Shown here piece by piece: positions 26,519-41,900 of a DNA stretch of 64,000 nt; the stretch's first letter is position 1, and each line of letters starts with the position of its first letter. Both the position numbers and the translations under genes were made by a program. The stretch lies in contig CAIIXF020000001.1 in the NCBI GenBank assembly GCA_903813345.2, forward strand, positions 31,124,001 through 31,188,000. The letters are read 5' to 3'. The notes beneath the pieces were generated by a model. That model was not told the origin of the DNA. It worked only from the letters and a program-made list of their open reading frames with translations, and ran no database searches. The stretch comes from Owenia fusiformis. Lineage: Eukaryota.

Positions 26519-29500
26519 TTATTTCTTGCCAGCTGGTTTGCCTTCAATGTCAATGTCTTTAATTTCAAATTCCTTCAACACGTCATCAATATCACTGACA
26601 CTATATTTACGTGAATCTTCCCCATTTGCAGATTCCTTATTACCTGTCTCCTTAATGTCAGTTTCATATTCCTTTAACATTTTATCTAATACGGTTTCTT
26701 CTTTGGGGTCACCTTCAGCCCCAGGAACTATCATTTCTGCAATTCGCCGATTTTCCTCCATTTTTCTCAGGAGTTCCATATTGGCATCTTCCAATGCTTG
26801 CACAGCAGCTTCCCGAGCTAACTGCTCCTTTTGCTCCTGTTCTATCAATTCTTGCTCAGCTGCATGTGCAATAGCTGCACGTACCAATGCTTCCTTGGCT
26901 TCTTGCTCCATTTTCTCCCTAAGTTCCTCCTCAGCTGCACGTTCAGCTTGCTCCTTCAGTTCCTGCTCAGCTGCGTGTGCAATAGCTGCACGTACCAATG
27001 CTTCCTTGGCTTCTTGCTCCATTTTCTCCCTAAGTTCCTCTTCAGCTGCACGTTCAGCTTGCTCCTTCAGTTCCTGCTCAGCTGCGTGTGCAATAGCTGC
27101 ACGTACCAATGCTTCCTTGGCTTCTTGCTCCATTTTCTCCCTAAGTTCCTCCTCAGCTGCACGTTCAGCTTGCTCCTTCAGTTCCTGCTCAGCTGCGTGT
27201 GCAATAGCTGCACGTACCAATGCTTCCTTGGCTTCTTGCTCCATTTTCTCCCTAAGTTCCTCTTCAGCTGCACGTTCAGCTTGCTCCTTCAGTTCCTGCT
27301 CAGCTGCGTGTGCAATAGCTGCACGTACCAATGCTTCCTTGGCTTCTTGCTCCATTTTCTCCTTCAGTTCCTCTTCAGCTGCACGTTCAGCTTGCTCCTT
27401 CAGGTCCTGCTCAGCTGCATGTGCAATAGCTGCATGTAATAGTTCTTCCTTAACCTCTTGTTCCACTTTCTCCTTAAGCTCCTGTTTAGCAGCTACTTGT
27501 TGTTTCTGTTCCTGGTCCACAGCAAGAGCCAATGAAGCACGCGCTAAATGCTCCTGTAGCTCCTGCTCAGTTTGTTGAATCGACTCAAGATCCAACACAT
27601 TAAGGGCAACCTCAGCTTTATCACTGTCAGACTTCTTAGAAACGGATCCATATCCAGGATCTTCTGGTTCATCTTTAGAGGATGCTCCCTTAAATGCATG
27701 AAGCTGGTATATAGCTAATGCCTCATCAATGTTCACTTCTGCTCCAAGCTTTGCAGGTTCAGCATCAGGTTGGAGATCAAGATTTAGGCTTTGTTGGGAC
27801 TGCTGCATCTCCATTGCCTCATTGTCATATCCTCCGACATTCTTTTCAACATCTGCAATTACATTGAGACAAGTGAGGACTGAATGCTAAAATGCTGACA
27901 TAATTAAAGCTCTGTGACAATGCAATGTGTATTGCTTTATACTTTCTTTAGAAATTGTTGGGCCACTGTACCTAGAGAATATGGTCACAACACAATAAAT
28001 CCAGGTTGCTTCTACATATTGAAAATGTATTATTGTAAAATAAGAGCTGATTTAGTAAATCATATTGCTCCAATGAATGTGCATTACAGAATATCTATCT
28101 GCATTTAATACATATATAAACTTATTGTTTTCTATATCAACTAAAATTAATTACCTTGATGTGGATTTGCAATGGTAAGATCTCCAGATGTGTATTTCTG
28201 AAAAACATGATTTAATTCATAAACCAAATGTTGAATATAATGCTTCTACATATGTTATGTACTAGAAACAAAAAACACAAATCTAATATCTAATAAATTA
28301 ACATCATAGAAAATAGTGTTAAACTTACAAGCAAACTTTTTATATCTAGGATAAATAATATATATTAAATACTTTAATATCTTTCTATATCTTTTTATAT
28401 CTTTTTATATCTAGGATAAATAATATATATTAAATACTTTAAGATATCTTCCATGACATTCACACCTTATAAGGCCTATAAGGCATTGCAGCTCAAATTA
28501 GATATTTTATCTAACTCAATGTATATGGAAGTGACATATAAGCTACCTACCTTACGTTTGCAACAGACCACACACATGATGATGATTATGATGACAATGA
28601 TGAGAAGAAGGCCCAGGATGATGCACAGAGCGATGAATGCCTCAGTCTCAGTGAATGATTGCGCTTTCACAGGCTGGGATGTAGGCATGAATGTTCCTGA
28701 AAGATACAATAACAATTTACAATTAAGACAACAAAATAAAATAAATTCAAAGATAAAAAGCATCGTTGAAATTCACAAGAAAAATCAATTCAAAATAATT
28801 TTCAGGTACATGATCACCTTCAAACATCTTCATCCTGAACAAAATGGAGAAACTAAAATAACAACAATGTTCAAATATAGCTAAAGCTCACCATTAGTGT
28901 TAAGTGTATATGCTGTTATATCACCAGTGCAGTTCACATATGCCCTAAACCCAGAATTATGGGCACAGATCCTAAATGTGTAATTAGTCTCAGGAGTCAA
29001 TCCAGTCATGTTAAACTGAGGAACATTGTCACTCTGAATGGTCTTGTACTTGCCCTCTGCTTTAAACTGGAGCTCATATGTTGGGGTGGAGCCGCCATCA
29101 AATGTTTCCATACATTCTAGTATTAACTCATAGCCACTAGCATAGCTGGTGTGGCAATAAGCAGGAGGATCTGCTGGACCTAAAACAAACATTACACAAT
29201 AATAGAATAATACATCCACAGTGTTGACCTGTGTATCCATGATATTGACACCATGAAATGTTTTTATTCTGATAATTCTATAGCAAATAATGCATGAAAG
29301 TTTTTGAAACCATTAATAGTGACGTCTGGTATTTTCAATTTAAACAAGACATTAACATCAACCACCTGCCATTTGTTCCAGAAGCCAAATGCCAATCACT
29401 AAAATCCGAATGCTGAACACCATCCACACAAAAATTGAGACTATAACAATATTTCATCACGTGTGGTGGTGACATAAAAATTGCCTATTTAAAGAATAGA

Positions 29501-32500
29501 ATTAAATTGAAATATTAGAAACTTCAGGTTTCACAGTTATTAAATTATTTACCTGGTGGCAGTATCTCAATAAAACATGGCTCATCCATGTTGTCAATGG
29601 GATTAGTTGCATTACATTGGAATGTACCATAATTTGCTTCAGTTCTGAAACCACAATAAAAAATATTGAATGTATAAATGCATGCATATTTCTAGATCAA
29701 GTAACCTGAACATATTGAAACATGTATGATACTGAAACAAAAAATAACTGAAATATAACGTAATAATGATCAAAGATGTGTATAAAAATACCCAGTTGAT
29801 ATAATGGAACATAACAGGAATCATTACTGAACTCACCTTGGTGTGTATGTAAGTTTAGCATAAGTATGCTGGTCATCAAGAATGTCAACAGTGGCATTGA
29901 CATCCAGGTATGTACCATCATACAGCCATGTGATGATAACCATAGCTGGGTTACTCTCCACATGGCAGAAGATATCCACAGCTTTGTTTAGCTCAGTAGC
30001 ATACTTTCTCTTTTGTCTCAGACAATAAGGACGATCTGAAATTGTATTGTTTCTTTAGTTGTTTAGTGGTTCCAAAATAAAGTAGTCCCCGGATTAACAT
30101 ATAATATCACAATGTCTCCTAAAAGAGAAACCTCTCTCACATTATATTCTATTTTATTCTGAATGAGACAGATGCATTTTCACATTTTCAAAAACAATAA
30201 ATTCCATAATAAAGTATCAATCGTAGTCATGAAATGTAATATTTCAATGAATAAACTATATTTTCAAACTTGACATAGGGTCTTGAAATAAACTTACGAT
30301 AAATGTCTAGAGTGGAGGAGAAGGCAGTAGCAGATCCTAGCTTATTAAATCCTCTACATTCATAAGTTCCTTTGTCACGCCTGAAATCAAGTAATATTCA
30401 TATATTTTTGTTCTGTACGCTTTGTCCACCAAGAATCTGAACTGTACCATTCTTGAAGGCTTACCACTTCATTGAACTATATTTTGCATGATTCACCTAA
30501 ACTACATATTTTAGCGTGGGATAAAACCATTTACTTACCCATGTGTACTGAGAATGGTGAGATCGGCAACTATGGGGTCTTTGCCCTGCAAGCTATTGTA
30601 GTATCTTGGACTTGAGGTATTTATCTGCTTGCCATCAAGGTACCACTCAACATGTGCAGGGGGCTGCCCATTCACCACACATGGTACTGTCACCTGGTTC
30701 AACTCCATCATGGAGACTGTAGCATTGTTTGCAATGATATTTGGTGGATCTGAAATAATGGATTACCATACTATGAAGTCCATACCTTGAAACAAGAAAG
30801 TGAGAATTTGCGACCTTTAAATCTGGTTTAAGAAAATGATGATTTTTCTATGGCCATTTATTCAAATCTAGCATTTTCATCATGGGCTTTCTGGAGAGAA
30901 GGGCAATGGTTTCATTGATGAACATTTAGTTTATTATCTTAGTAATGTTTATTTCCTTTATTTTCAGTATAATGCAGTCCATTGAAATATATACCAGATA
31001 ATGATAAAGGTACGATGCTAGTTAAAGAGATTGTGGCATTCTAGATCAATTAACACACTAATTTTTAACTTAACACTATACAGTAACTGGATCTAGCCTA
31101 CACTACTTACAGTTGACAAGAATTGTTCTTGAAGCAGTTTTTTCTGCTTCACTATTCATCTGCATGACAGGGTGGTTGACCCTACATTCGTACACTGTGT
31201 TGTTGTCATACAAATCTACCACAAATGACAGAGTATTGTACGCATCAAATGTCCCATGTTCTGTGGCATTTGCTAAAGTAGTTTCTCCACCTGTAATGAT
31301 GGAAAGTAAAGAAAACTTAACATAATGTTTTGTTTAACAATTTTATTATTAAATATTGTTTGTCATGACTTGAAAAGATGTTTTAAAAAGAGGCATTAAT
31401 CAAAAAAAAGTTGACTTTCGAAAAGGATGTATCCTATGTTTGATGTAACTTATTGCTCATTAATAGATTCACTTAATGACTATTAAACTTTTATTTCAAA
31501 TAAGTTCTCACTTTTTGAAAAAAAGAACTTCAAAACAACTCTGGAATTAAAAAAAGTTTCACATTTTGATAATATTGAGTAAGACTAAAAGAAGTCATAG
31601 TGGTTTAAACTTTTCCAGGGGCCTTTAAACAATAAATGGAGAAGTTTTATACAATAATAACAAAATTTAAATTTTACGAATAGCTGCTAAATTGATTTAA
31701 ACATCAGAGGGATTTATAAATGCAGTAAATATAACCTTTAGCTTATATTTATGGATTCAAAACATCATTGTACTGTACTATCATGCAACTAAATTATGAT
31801 TAAAGTTAATGTACAATTTTAATATTGCTTGAAAATTTATGTTCCACATTACAGTGATTCTGGTTTCATAAGATCTGTACTTGTTCTCACTTAGTTTTAC
31901 ATTGTCCTTGTACCAATCAATAGTTGCAGCTGGGTTAGCATCAAAGGCAAAGCATGTTATTTCAACCATTGTGTTCACAGAAGTGCCCTCTTCATTGCCT
32001 ATTATGGTCGGGTTGAGAGGTCTCACTGGAAAAATGTCATAAATTAAAGTCATAATCTAATAGAAAAGATATTCCATATTATACAAATATTTCATTCTAT
32101 TCAGGTTTTGTGAATGTAGATCCCAATTTCAACATATTTCATCAATTTCAATTAGAATAAAATGAACACAATTCATCAGAAAAATAAAACCAATATCCCT
32201 CATACATCAGTCTACAAAGCCAAACTAATAAATAACATTTAATTAGTCTAGCCTAAATGAATGTCATTCCTTTCACCTACCATATAAGGTTGTATTAAAT
32301 GTTTTCTCTTCAGAGTAAAACAGTTCACTTCTTTCTGCTTTACATTTAAATGTGGCACCAATTGCTTCCCTTGTCATTTTATACTTTAGTTTGCTTGTAC
32401 GTGTCCCCAGGCCATTAGCTTGTATAACATCCGTGTCAACACCTGTCAAAGGTTGGACCTCTCCTCTACGATCTAAAATACATTAAAATATACATGTATC

Positions 32501-34277
32501 ATATTCTCATTAATTCAGATGTAGCATAAGAACAGTTAGACTGCTAATGTTAAGTTGGAAGGGGCATAAACATTAAAATTGGCATTTCTTGAAGACATGT
32601 ATTTTATTCTTCCCATTTGAATCATAGTTATACAATATTAACCACCATTTTGTTTTTCTTGCCGAAATGAACAAATAACACTTTCACATAAAATATTGTG
32701 TGCAACTGTTTTTCAAGATTTTGGAGGGAAATATTTGTAATGGGTTTAATGACTAATATATATGTATGTTGATAAGATAGAGGTAATTAATGTTGTCATT
32801 GTCACAGCTCATTCATCCAAAATAATGTAAAACTTCTCATTATCAATGTTTTACAGTAGTGTGGTGTTTGTATACATTTAGGTACTTACTTGTCAAAGTC
32901 CAGGATATGTCAGCGAGTGGTTTCCCATTGGGAGAAATACATTCCATCTCTATATCAGAGTTCTCATATACAATTCTCATAGGTGGGTTGTTTACAAGTG
33001 GTTCTGGGGGCACTGAAATATATGAAAAATGTGAAAATGTTAATTTCATGACAAAATGTCACCACGTTGTAAGTTATTGCAAATTGTTGCTGAACGCAAA
33101 TTGTTAAATACATTAAACAATGAACATCATCCAGAAAAAATTGGAGATTATAACAATATGTCACCACTTGATGGCGGTGACATAGTAAACTCAAATCTCA
33201 AAATTAAAATAATATTTAGTAACTATATGGAATGTTTATAGGCAATGGGATTGATTTATTCTTTGTTACTGTCCCTTTATTGAAACATCACTTCAGATAA
33301 ACATGACTGTATTTATATTATGCAATAAAAAGTTCTCATTCCAGTTACCATTATCAGTGAGCAAACATTGTTTGTTTGATTTATTGAGTATCAATGGAAA
33401 GGTCAAGTTATTTTATATTTGGTGTTAATGACGAATTGTCCCAACCTGTTTACCCTTTGCAGCATTTCCATAACAAATGACCACACTATTAGGACTCATA
33501 ATTAGTGATTTTATTGATTATGCAATTGATTTACCTTGAAGAGATTTCTCAAAAACTGTACATCTGATAAAGATATAGAAGCATTTAAAACCGAGTCTAT
33601 GTTTAACCAACCATTGTGGATTTATCTATTGATTTTAGAATTTTTTGTCCAAACTTGAGGTGAATAGTAGTTCAAGCAATCCAGTTGGTAAAAATAAGAT
33701 TCAAACAAAGAATTAAGAAAACAAGCCATCTGCCATTTTAAACAATCTGGCCATACCATTTTTCACATCATTTAAGAACATAATTATGACTATGTGCATA
33801 TAAAAGCATATAAAATAGAGTTTGATTGTGATAGTGAATTTGATTGCAAGTTAATAGTGATTTTTGAATTTTATCAGTTTTGTTGTAAGAAATTCAATAA
33901 AGATATCACTACATACCCAGTATTATGACTTCAGTGCCATCTGTGTCTGAGTCTGCTAAAAGATGGCAGTCATATATTCCATTGTCTTCAAGACTCAATC
34001 CAGATATCCCAAGGGTTTGATAACCATTAGTTTCAGTCAGTGTAAATTTAGATTTGTCAATGCCTGATTGTAAAACGCCATCTATAGCTATAGTTGGTCC
34101 AGGAGATTTGCCCCAGATTAGTCTCCCGTCACTTACAGGTTTGTTACAGGGGATTGTAACGGAAGAGCCAACTGTTGCTGGGAATTTTCTGTTCACTGTT
34201 CTTCCATTAATCGTTGTTACTCCTAGAGTTAATATCAATGCGAATATCCAATTCATCTTTATTTCCATTTGTTTCAT
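26519..34277 (-). CDS. Ig-superfamily type I membrane protein (5 Ig + FN3 + TM; Sidestep/nephrin-like) with repetitive E/A/Q-rich cytoplasmic tail
   Basis: Coding exons 33917-34277 (signal peptide, V-type Ig ending EDNGIYDC), 32890-33012, 32281-32472, 31891-32025, 31111-31290, 30539-30749, 30298-30380 (DKGTYECRGFN), 29837-30035 (RPYC..VDIFCHVESNP), 29553-29644 (NYGTFQCNATN), 28892-29179 (FN3: FDGGS..GLTPETNYTFRICAHN), 28551-28696 (TM), 28155-28197, 26519-27852. All GT-AG and phase-compatible. Confidence 0.88.
26850..27435 (-). repeat. 111-bp coding tandem repeat (37 aa, ~5 copies)
   Basis: ELREKMEQEAKEALVRAAIAHAAEQELKEQAERAAEE repeated almost identically at DNA level in the last exon. Confidence 0.95.
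28337..28442. repeat. Local ~41-bp direct duplication
   Basis: TTTTTATATCTAGGATAAATAATATATATTAAATACTTTAA occurs twice. Confidence 0.8.
29342..29480 (+). mobile_element. Short HINE-like element of the 44897 family (relatives at ~33046-33186 and ~36969-37070)
   Basis: AACAAG(A/G)CAT(T/A)AACAT start and ..TGGTGGTGACATAAAAA palindromic end shared with 44897-45768. Confidence 0.6.
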
Positions 34278-37200
34278 TCTGTTTTTTGTAATGTCTACAA
34301 CAAACTACCTGCAATGATAAACATAAAATAACTTATGAGTAATGACTGAAACATTACAAATGAGAATCTTAATGTCTTTAAAATCATTTTGATGAACACA
34401 AATCAACAGGTTATCTTAGTTCTCTCTTATTTCTTGGTCATTCTCGTCATAATGACTTTTATAAGTGAGTGACATTTTTCAGAGACAGCCCAATGTTTAT
34501 TTTTGTTGAGTACAATATTGATACTCATGAAGTTATATCAGATGGAATGTTGACTATATAATCCACTGGGGATCTCTGTACATTCAGATTCTGGGAAAGG
34601 TATGCTACAAATGCATGACAAGTTTCAGGTAAATAGGCGTATATGACTAATAAAGTAATTAAGCAGAGAATTATCATTATGTCATTAGTATGGATCCAGT
34701 AATGAGATAAACTGATAAGGAAGGGAGTGAAAGTTAAGCCCCTCTTCCATTCCTGATAATGCTTTGATTGCACCCAATTATTACATTATGTCAAATTATG
34801 AGCTGTAAGAACGTGTCCAATCAAATTGAGTAATGCCCTGTAAATTAACATATTATAATTAACATTAAATATCCATAAAACATTCATGAAGATATTTCAT
34901 CAAATTATTGAATTTTAAACTGCTAGATTGTCTTTTATATCTATTTTTCCAATCTATTTTTGATTAAATCTATTCAAGGAATTGAAGGACAAACTGGCTT
35001 ACTGCAATGATATTATTGCATTTAAGTAATTTGAGTATAAAATGTTATTTTCAACCTAAATAACTTTTTTTTACTTTATGATGTTTTCTTACACTCCAAA
35101 AATATTTAAACCATGACAATGTTTTCTAGATTATAATTTTAGTCAAATATATTTTCAATTCAATTTTCCCTCGTTTACTTATTTTTTATTCGATTAACAT
35201 TTATTTCATAATTCTCTTTTAAATATATCATGCAATTATTTTATAGTGGTAATGTAATTTTAGAGTTTGCAAGAATCAACTTTAAAAAAGAAACTTATTA
35301 GTCTTATATAAATAAATACACAAATTATATACCAAACATTTTCTTTTAAATATATTCATGTTAAATGAGTAGAATCCAATGAAGATATATAAGTTTTACC
35401 TTTTACTCTTGAAATATTCCAATATCTGTTGTATGAAGTTAAATCTCTTCCTGTTTTTTTCAACTGACGATTTCCATAGTTCTATCTCAATATATATGCA
35501 TCAGGGACCTTTTGTTTCACCGGGCATACGTCATACATGGACACAATGACTAACACCAATTGCTCAAACAAATAAGTAACTTTACCGGAAATACAGAGTT
35601 GATATTTGTTGAGAGAACAGATAACATATTTACATATGATTACATAAAATTTTGTGGCCAGGTAATCTTCAGTGAAGGAGACAAATATAATACTTAGGTA
35701 GATCATCCAGGATGTTGAGATATGTACAACTGCAGAGTATTTATGTACATAAGGTTTTGCATGCAATAAAATATAAGATTTAAAATTTTCAAAGTTTCAT
35801 ACTTACCAAAGTTTCTGTCAATTCTGTGTATTACATTTCAGAAAATTAAATAGGGCATAATTAATATTTTTAGACTGAACATTGCTTTAAATAAAAAAAT
35901 ATTTTGAGGTTTATCAAAATAAGACTAATAATTTTTACAAAGAACCCTTAATAGACCTGGATCAAACCTTGTGTAACCACCTCCATCAAAAACTGTTGGT
36001 AACCACTCTCACTTACAAACCTACACAGTCAATAAATATAAATGGTCGGGGAAGGAACTAGTTCCTTGATGTAGACGATATCATCGCGATCGGGTAATCT
36101 TGTCTTATCAGCCCCTATAGAATAATAGCAAACTTAATGTTATGTCCCACTATCAACATATTCTCCCTTGTAATACTCATTTCATATTTTTCTCTAAAAT
36201 GTGAATGAACTTCTTCATTTTCTACAAATATCTGTACATTTCAGTGTACCCAACAAACATGCCCATATACTCCATTCCCTTCTGATTCCACACTTTTCCA
36301 CTTAATTTTGCATTCTAAAACATGACCAGGGTGACATTGTCTCATGGAGGGACCCCAAAGCACTTGGAAACAGTCTATGGCTCAGATATTGAAATGTTAC
36401 CTTGTCATTGTTCAAATATCAGGTTCTGAATCAGAGATAAAGCTATTTGCTCACTTTTACTAAGCGTCTGTTAATTGCCAGAAGGGAACACACCAAGGTA
36501 ACATTTTAATTGATACTCTGGTATGGCAAATATTTCCTCCCACCAAAATATCATACACTGGAATGAATCTTTCTTTTGCCTTTTTTACTTCAACTATGTT
36601 TCAGTACTACAAACATTTAGTGTTGCCATTGAGTCTCGTGTTACTCAATCTCCTCTCAATTCTCCCTACTCCATCTTGTTTGTTCCCTCACCCCTTACCT
36701 GCCCCATCATCCTGTGTGATCATATTAGAAATATGACAGATTATGGGAGGGATGAAGTTTTAGCAAATTCAATGTGGGATAAACAGTGATCAGCCAATTT
36801 CAATCACTGACCCTTTGAGTTAATTTCAGAACTGAGAGAGCAAGGTAACTCTTTTAGTCTGACTTGAAAGAAGCATTTCATATCAGATCAAATTAAAACA
36901 TGCAACCATGATTTATGGTTCAATATCAAAACTAAAATCAGATGCTTCTGAGCCAAATGAAAACTATAACAAGGCATAAACATGCATAATGACACCAAAC
37001 ACCAACTGCCAACTGAAAAAAAGTTGTAGACTGTAACTGTATGTCACCATTTCTGGTGGTGACATAAAAAAGCCATTTTCTATTTGTTATGACAGGGATT
37101 CTTACACAAAATAATGGTGTATACTGATCTATATGAAATAACTTAAAAAAAATTTCATATTACCACCCAATTCACTCTTTATTAGATTCAAAATATATAC

Positions 37201-38943
37201 ACAAATTTTCAAAATGGCAAATACTATTTGTCTATGTGTGTATATTTCCCTTACATTATTATGCTATTGTTTTATTTTTGACACTATTTCTTTACTATTT
37301 TCACAAAAATATTCCAAAGCGTTAATAACTTGTAGATACATGTATATATTTACTTTGGCAATCTGTTCTAGCAAAATTTGAGCTTTTTTATTGCACAATC
37401 CAAGAGTAAAGTTGAACTTCCATTTCAAAATCAATCTTTAATACAGCATCTTAAACTGGGGGAAAAAAATATCATAGAGAAGTGAAATGTCAGCAGGTGT
37501 AAGTTAATGGAATGTTTTCATTGCCATTCCTCTGTGGAAGTGTTATCATAACAGTTTTGCAATGTATAGTTCTCATCAATACAAGTGCAGTATGTGACAT
37601 AAATACTGGCCCATTAGATAATTTTAAGTAAATTTACTGATTATTATTAACTGATTATTCCAGCATGGACTGTAATTCACCTTGTCAATATTTCAACTCA
37701 TGAAATACATATAATGCAGAAATCAGATTTCTGTTATCTTTTATAAACTTCCTGGATCAGAACAATGACATCAGACTGTCCAATCAGAATACACACTTTA
37801 AAATGAGTTTTGACAATTTTCACATATTTATATGAAAATATTAATATCATTTAGTGCAACTAGCATGATACTAACACCCAGTTAATATTGAAGTAAAAAA
37901 CAATTTGCCAAATATTCTTTCCATGAATTTTCCACAAATATCTGATCCTATAAATTATATTTATCAATTCATACAAAATTTGAAACCACAAACCCTGTCT
38001 GTTAAGAGATACTGTAAAGCATATTCAATTCTTTGATTTATTTAAGGAATAAAATAATGAATTCAGCTCAAGTTGGACAGAATGTTGTGCGAAGCATAAA
38101 TCAAAGGTGAGTGCATTTGTACTGACATTCTGTCTAACGAGTGTAGAATTTCACCATATTGAATGGCCTATCATTATTTATTCTGATTCAAATATAAAAA
38201 ATGAAAAGATTGTTTTGAGATTTGGGGATTGAAATCCATGAAATAACCAGACTTGCTGTTATATTTGCCATTCCTAGGTGTGACTTCAAAGTTCAACACA
38301 ATAATAGATTGGATGATTGAATAGATGTACGGTCATTCATGAATGGAGATATAGAGCATGGCTATGCTGCATTCTGATTGGTTGAGAAACTCAATGAGAG
38401 AAATGTCATGTTTGAATATGTTTTACAGTACTGCATGAATGCAAGCTGTATAGAAAGACCATGCATATTCTTTTCGATATTTCCAATTCAAAGTGAAAAG
38501 TTGAGGGCCATCTCTAAATGGTGTGTTAATATTATATAGAAGTGTTCACATATACTCTTCTACACATACATGATTTCATAAATACCAGCACGAAACTCGT
38601 GTTTGTTTTCCCACATTTTTACATGAATGTTTACCACATATACTAGAATAATCAATATATACTTTATATACATACTTTCTATTTACAACCCTTCATAATG
38701 CACCCCAAAATAAATTGAATTAAATTGCTTCAAAATCTAAATAAAACAAACCCTTCGCCTACTTTCTGGAATTTTGAGACATTTTATGTAAATATATCTT
38801 GTAGTCTCAAATTATAGAATTGGTTCCCTTGAGTGAGAAATAAATTGTAAATTTTCATCATTGTAACTTTTAAGAGCACAGAATGTCCAATAAGTATTTA
38901 AATTCAAGTTTGATGTTTACAGATCTAAACCATTTCTTTGTCT

Positions 38944-41900
38944 TCAAACTTGCTCCACTTTAACTTTGATAGGCAATGCAAAGGCTTCTGCTTTAGCCTG
39001 AGGATGATATTCAGCCAAGGATAACTTTTTCTGCACCGCCATTTCCTTCAAATATTCCAGGTCTCCATAAATACTGAGTTTCTGAAACAAAAAGGAAAAT
39101 GATTGTAAGACTCGGAAATTTGTTCCTCAGGGGTTCGTTCGTCTAAGCAGGTGATTCTGATTTGACATTTTGAAACATAAAATCTGGAATCCCCAGTCAC
39201 ACTTCTTGTAGAATGAACATGATTTTAGACTCATCAGGTACAGTGCCCTCCAACAAGGCAACGTGGTTAATGGTTCTACATCAACATAATGATTTTGAAA
39301 ACTACACTGTACTATCAACATTCATGTTATGACATGAATAAAAAGTGGAATATTTTGATCAGTTTTAGATATCTTTGGAAAATAAAATATAATAAAAAGG
39401 TAGACTTAGTTCTAAAAATGGGAACAACATTGTGGTTCCTGATTCACATACATGTATAGATAGGAATTAATTTCTGCCTTATCAGAACACACATAATGAT
39501 TAACCACTAGGTGTTTGTGCAGGTGAAAATGTTGAGGCCTAGTTTCTAGTTGAATTTCAATCATTTTAATAATATCGAAAATATTTTGACATGTGTGAAA
39601 AGAATTAAAGCAAAGGACTCAATGACTTGTGGTTGACTAAAAACTTGTTTCTTTTGTAAATAGTTTTTAACTTGCCCGACAGCCTCAGTAAAAGGCTTGC
39701 ATATAACAACTAGTTCATCAAATCAACCAATTATAGAGTCCTGGGCTTAAATTCTATTAGATTTTATATAAATATGTGATACCTGATTAAGTACAATGTA
39801 GAACTAAGTACTTCCCAATGTGTTCCTAAATGATACCCAATATGGTTACTAAAATGCCCATTGTGGTAGACAAATAACTGACCTATGTGGTTGCTAACTA
39901 ACCTGTGGTTTAAGTTTCTGGTCAGGAGCAGTAGCAGCTGTGGTAAAACATAACCAAATCATAGCCAAGGCAGAGCAAAGGATCGTTAGACTCAGGAACA
40001 ATCTAGACAATCCCGTCTTCTTAGCTATACATTCCAGCCAATCAGATGAGTTCTGACTGTCTGCTTCTTCCATACTAAAGTCAATGTCACGGAGATCACG
40101 CTCGAATGTATCAATCTGAGAATTTTTCACATTGGGAGTGGCTGAGTTGTCCAAGACTGCCAGGTTGGTGTCAATGTAGTTCATAGTCTTGGATCCTATA
40201 TAAGTAGAACAAACATAAGGGGTTGAATTATTGAAGACTCCTATCATTATACAGGGTGGGTCAAAAAACGCTACTTTTTTTCAAGACACTACCTTTTTTA
40301 TTTTCCAACCTACATACCCCAGGGGTTCTTAGGAATAATATAATGTAACAAGCCCTTCAACTTGAATTATATTTGATCTAAAAGAGGAGTTCAATTGGTC
40401 TGCCACCCTCTTTGATGATAGCTTTTAGTCTTAGTTGCCTTGCTGATATAGCAGTATCAGTGAAATGTTGGCTAAGTTTCTTTCAACCTGTCTTAATTGC
40501 CAGCTTTTGTTGGGCAATTTTTTAGATTGGGTGCCTTCATACAATCTCCTGGAGACCTTCCCATACCCTATACTCACTGGGGATTGCATCAGGACTATTA
40601 GCTTGGTGGTCATCAGGCCCTATCAGTTCAGGAACATTTTGCAAATTATGTTTATTTCTAATGGCAAACCATATGTTTAAGTGAGACACTGGTGACATAT
40701 TTTATTCAAGTAAAAGTGTACAATTCATAATCCATGGCTAGAAAGCATCCTCAATTTTCATTTGGTATGCAAATTATGATTTTGTATCAAAACTTTAAAA
40801 AGTTATAGCATTTTGAAAAAAGTGGTGTTTTTTGGCCCACCCTGTATATGAATGGTATGATCAATATAAATTCTAAACTACTTGCAGTTCTCTATTAACA
40901 CTAGGTGACAATTAAAATACTATATGTACATCCAATGTTTCTATTAAACAATGAAGCCAAATATGGAAACATCCCAATCATGAAAGGGCTTCATTTCCAG
41001 TATATTCATGGTTCAGCGTAATTTACAATAAGAAAGTTCCCAAGAAATCAGAAGAGTCAAATAATTCTTAAGTATTCACTGATTTAGGATTGGTATACAA
41101 TATACATGTATAATATGTTCCACATAATGTAACAGGGTGTACAGGCTAATTGTTGATGCCTTTATGAAACACCTACCTAACCTTTTGCATCAAGTGACTC
41201 ATCCAAGTACATACACTGCACAATTCTAGCAACATTATTTTCCAATGAAATTACTAAACACAATTACCATCTAATATGCTGGAGCCAGTGTTGAACTCAA
41301 AACGAGGCTCTGATTTCATGACAATCATTTTGCCGTCATCCGCCTGCATGTAGAAGGACCAGCTAACTGTCATCTGATTACGTAATTTATCTACCATATT
41401 TGAATACATGTCATGTACCATCATCACTGGGAAGAGCATATGTATGCTTGGCTCTTCCAATGCCTCCAACTCCAACTGAAAAAATACATCTTTGGAAATA
41501 ATGGGCTTTGAACATATAACAATGAATTGATGCTCTTTTGATGTATCAGGGCCTGGGCTAGGCAACCTTTTGACTTGGGGAGCTTGACTACATGGAGTTT
41601 GCTGCATTTTCTTGTTATGATGAAAGGTGGCAACATCTTCTTGGGTATATAAAAGGTGGTAAACCGAAAAGCAGGAAAAAATTTGCTCGTAAAAGATAGT
41701 AAAAATCAGTGAAATAAAGAACATTAGAAGAAATATATTGAGATACAATGATTCCTAAGATAGTGGAGCATCTGATCAGTGAACTACAAGAAGAAGGGTG
41801 CATCCTCGGAGGATATAAGATAAATGCAACAAATAATGGAACATCTATCACATTGCAATATGTAGTACACCTTCTTGGTGACCCAAGTTCAGAAACTAGA

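Noticed and set aside
26850..27435. CRISPR-like regular repeat
   Set aside because: No unique spacers, eukaryotic context, and it is an in-frame coding repeat.
26526..27578. 350-aa and 202-aa plus-strand ORFs
   Set aside because: Antisense shadows of the repetitive minus-strand coding exon.
35400..36050. Possible 5' UTR exons of the Ig gene (donor-like sites near 35399 and 35807)
   Set aside because: Splice-like signals only; non-coding exons cannot be supported without transcripts.
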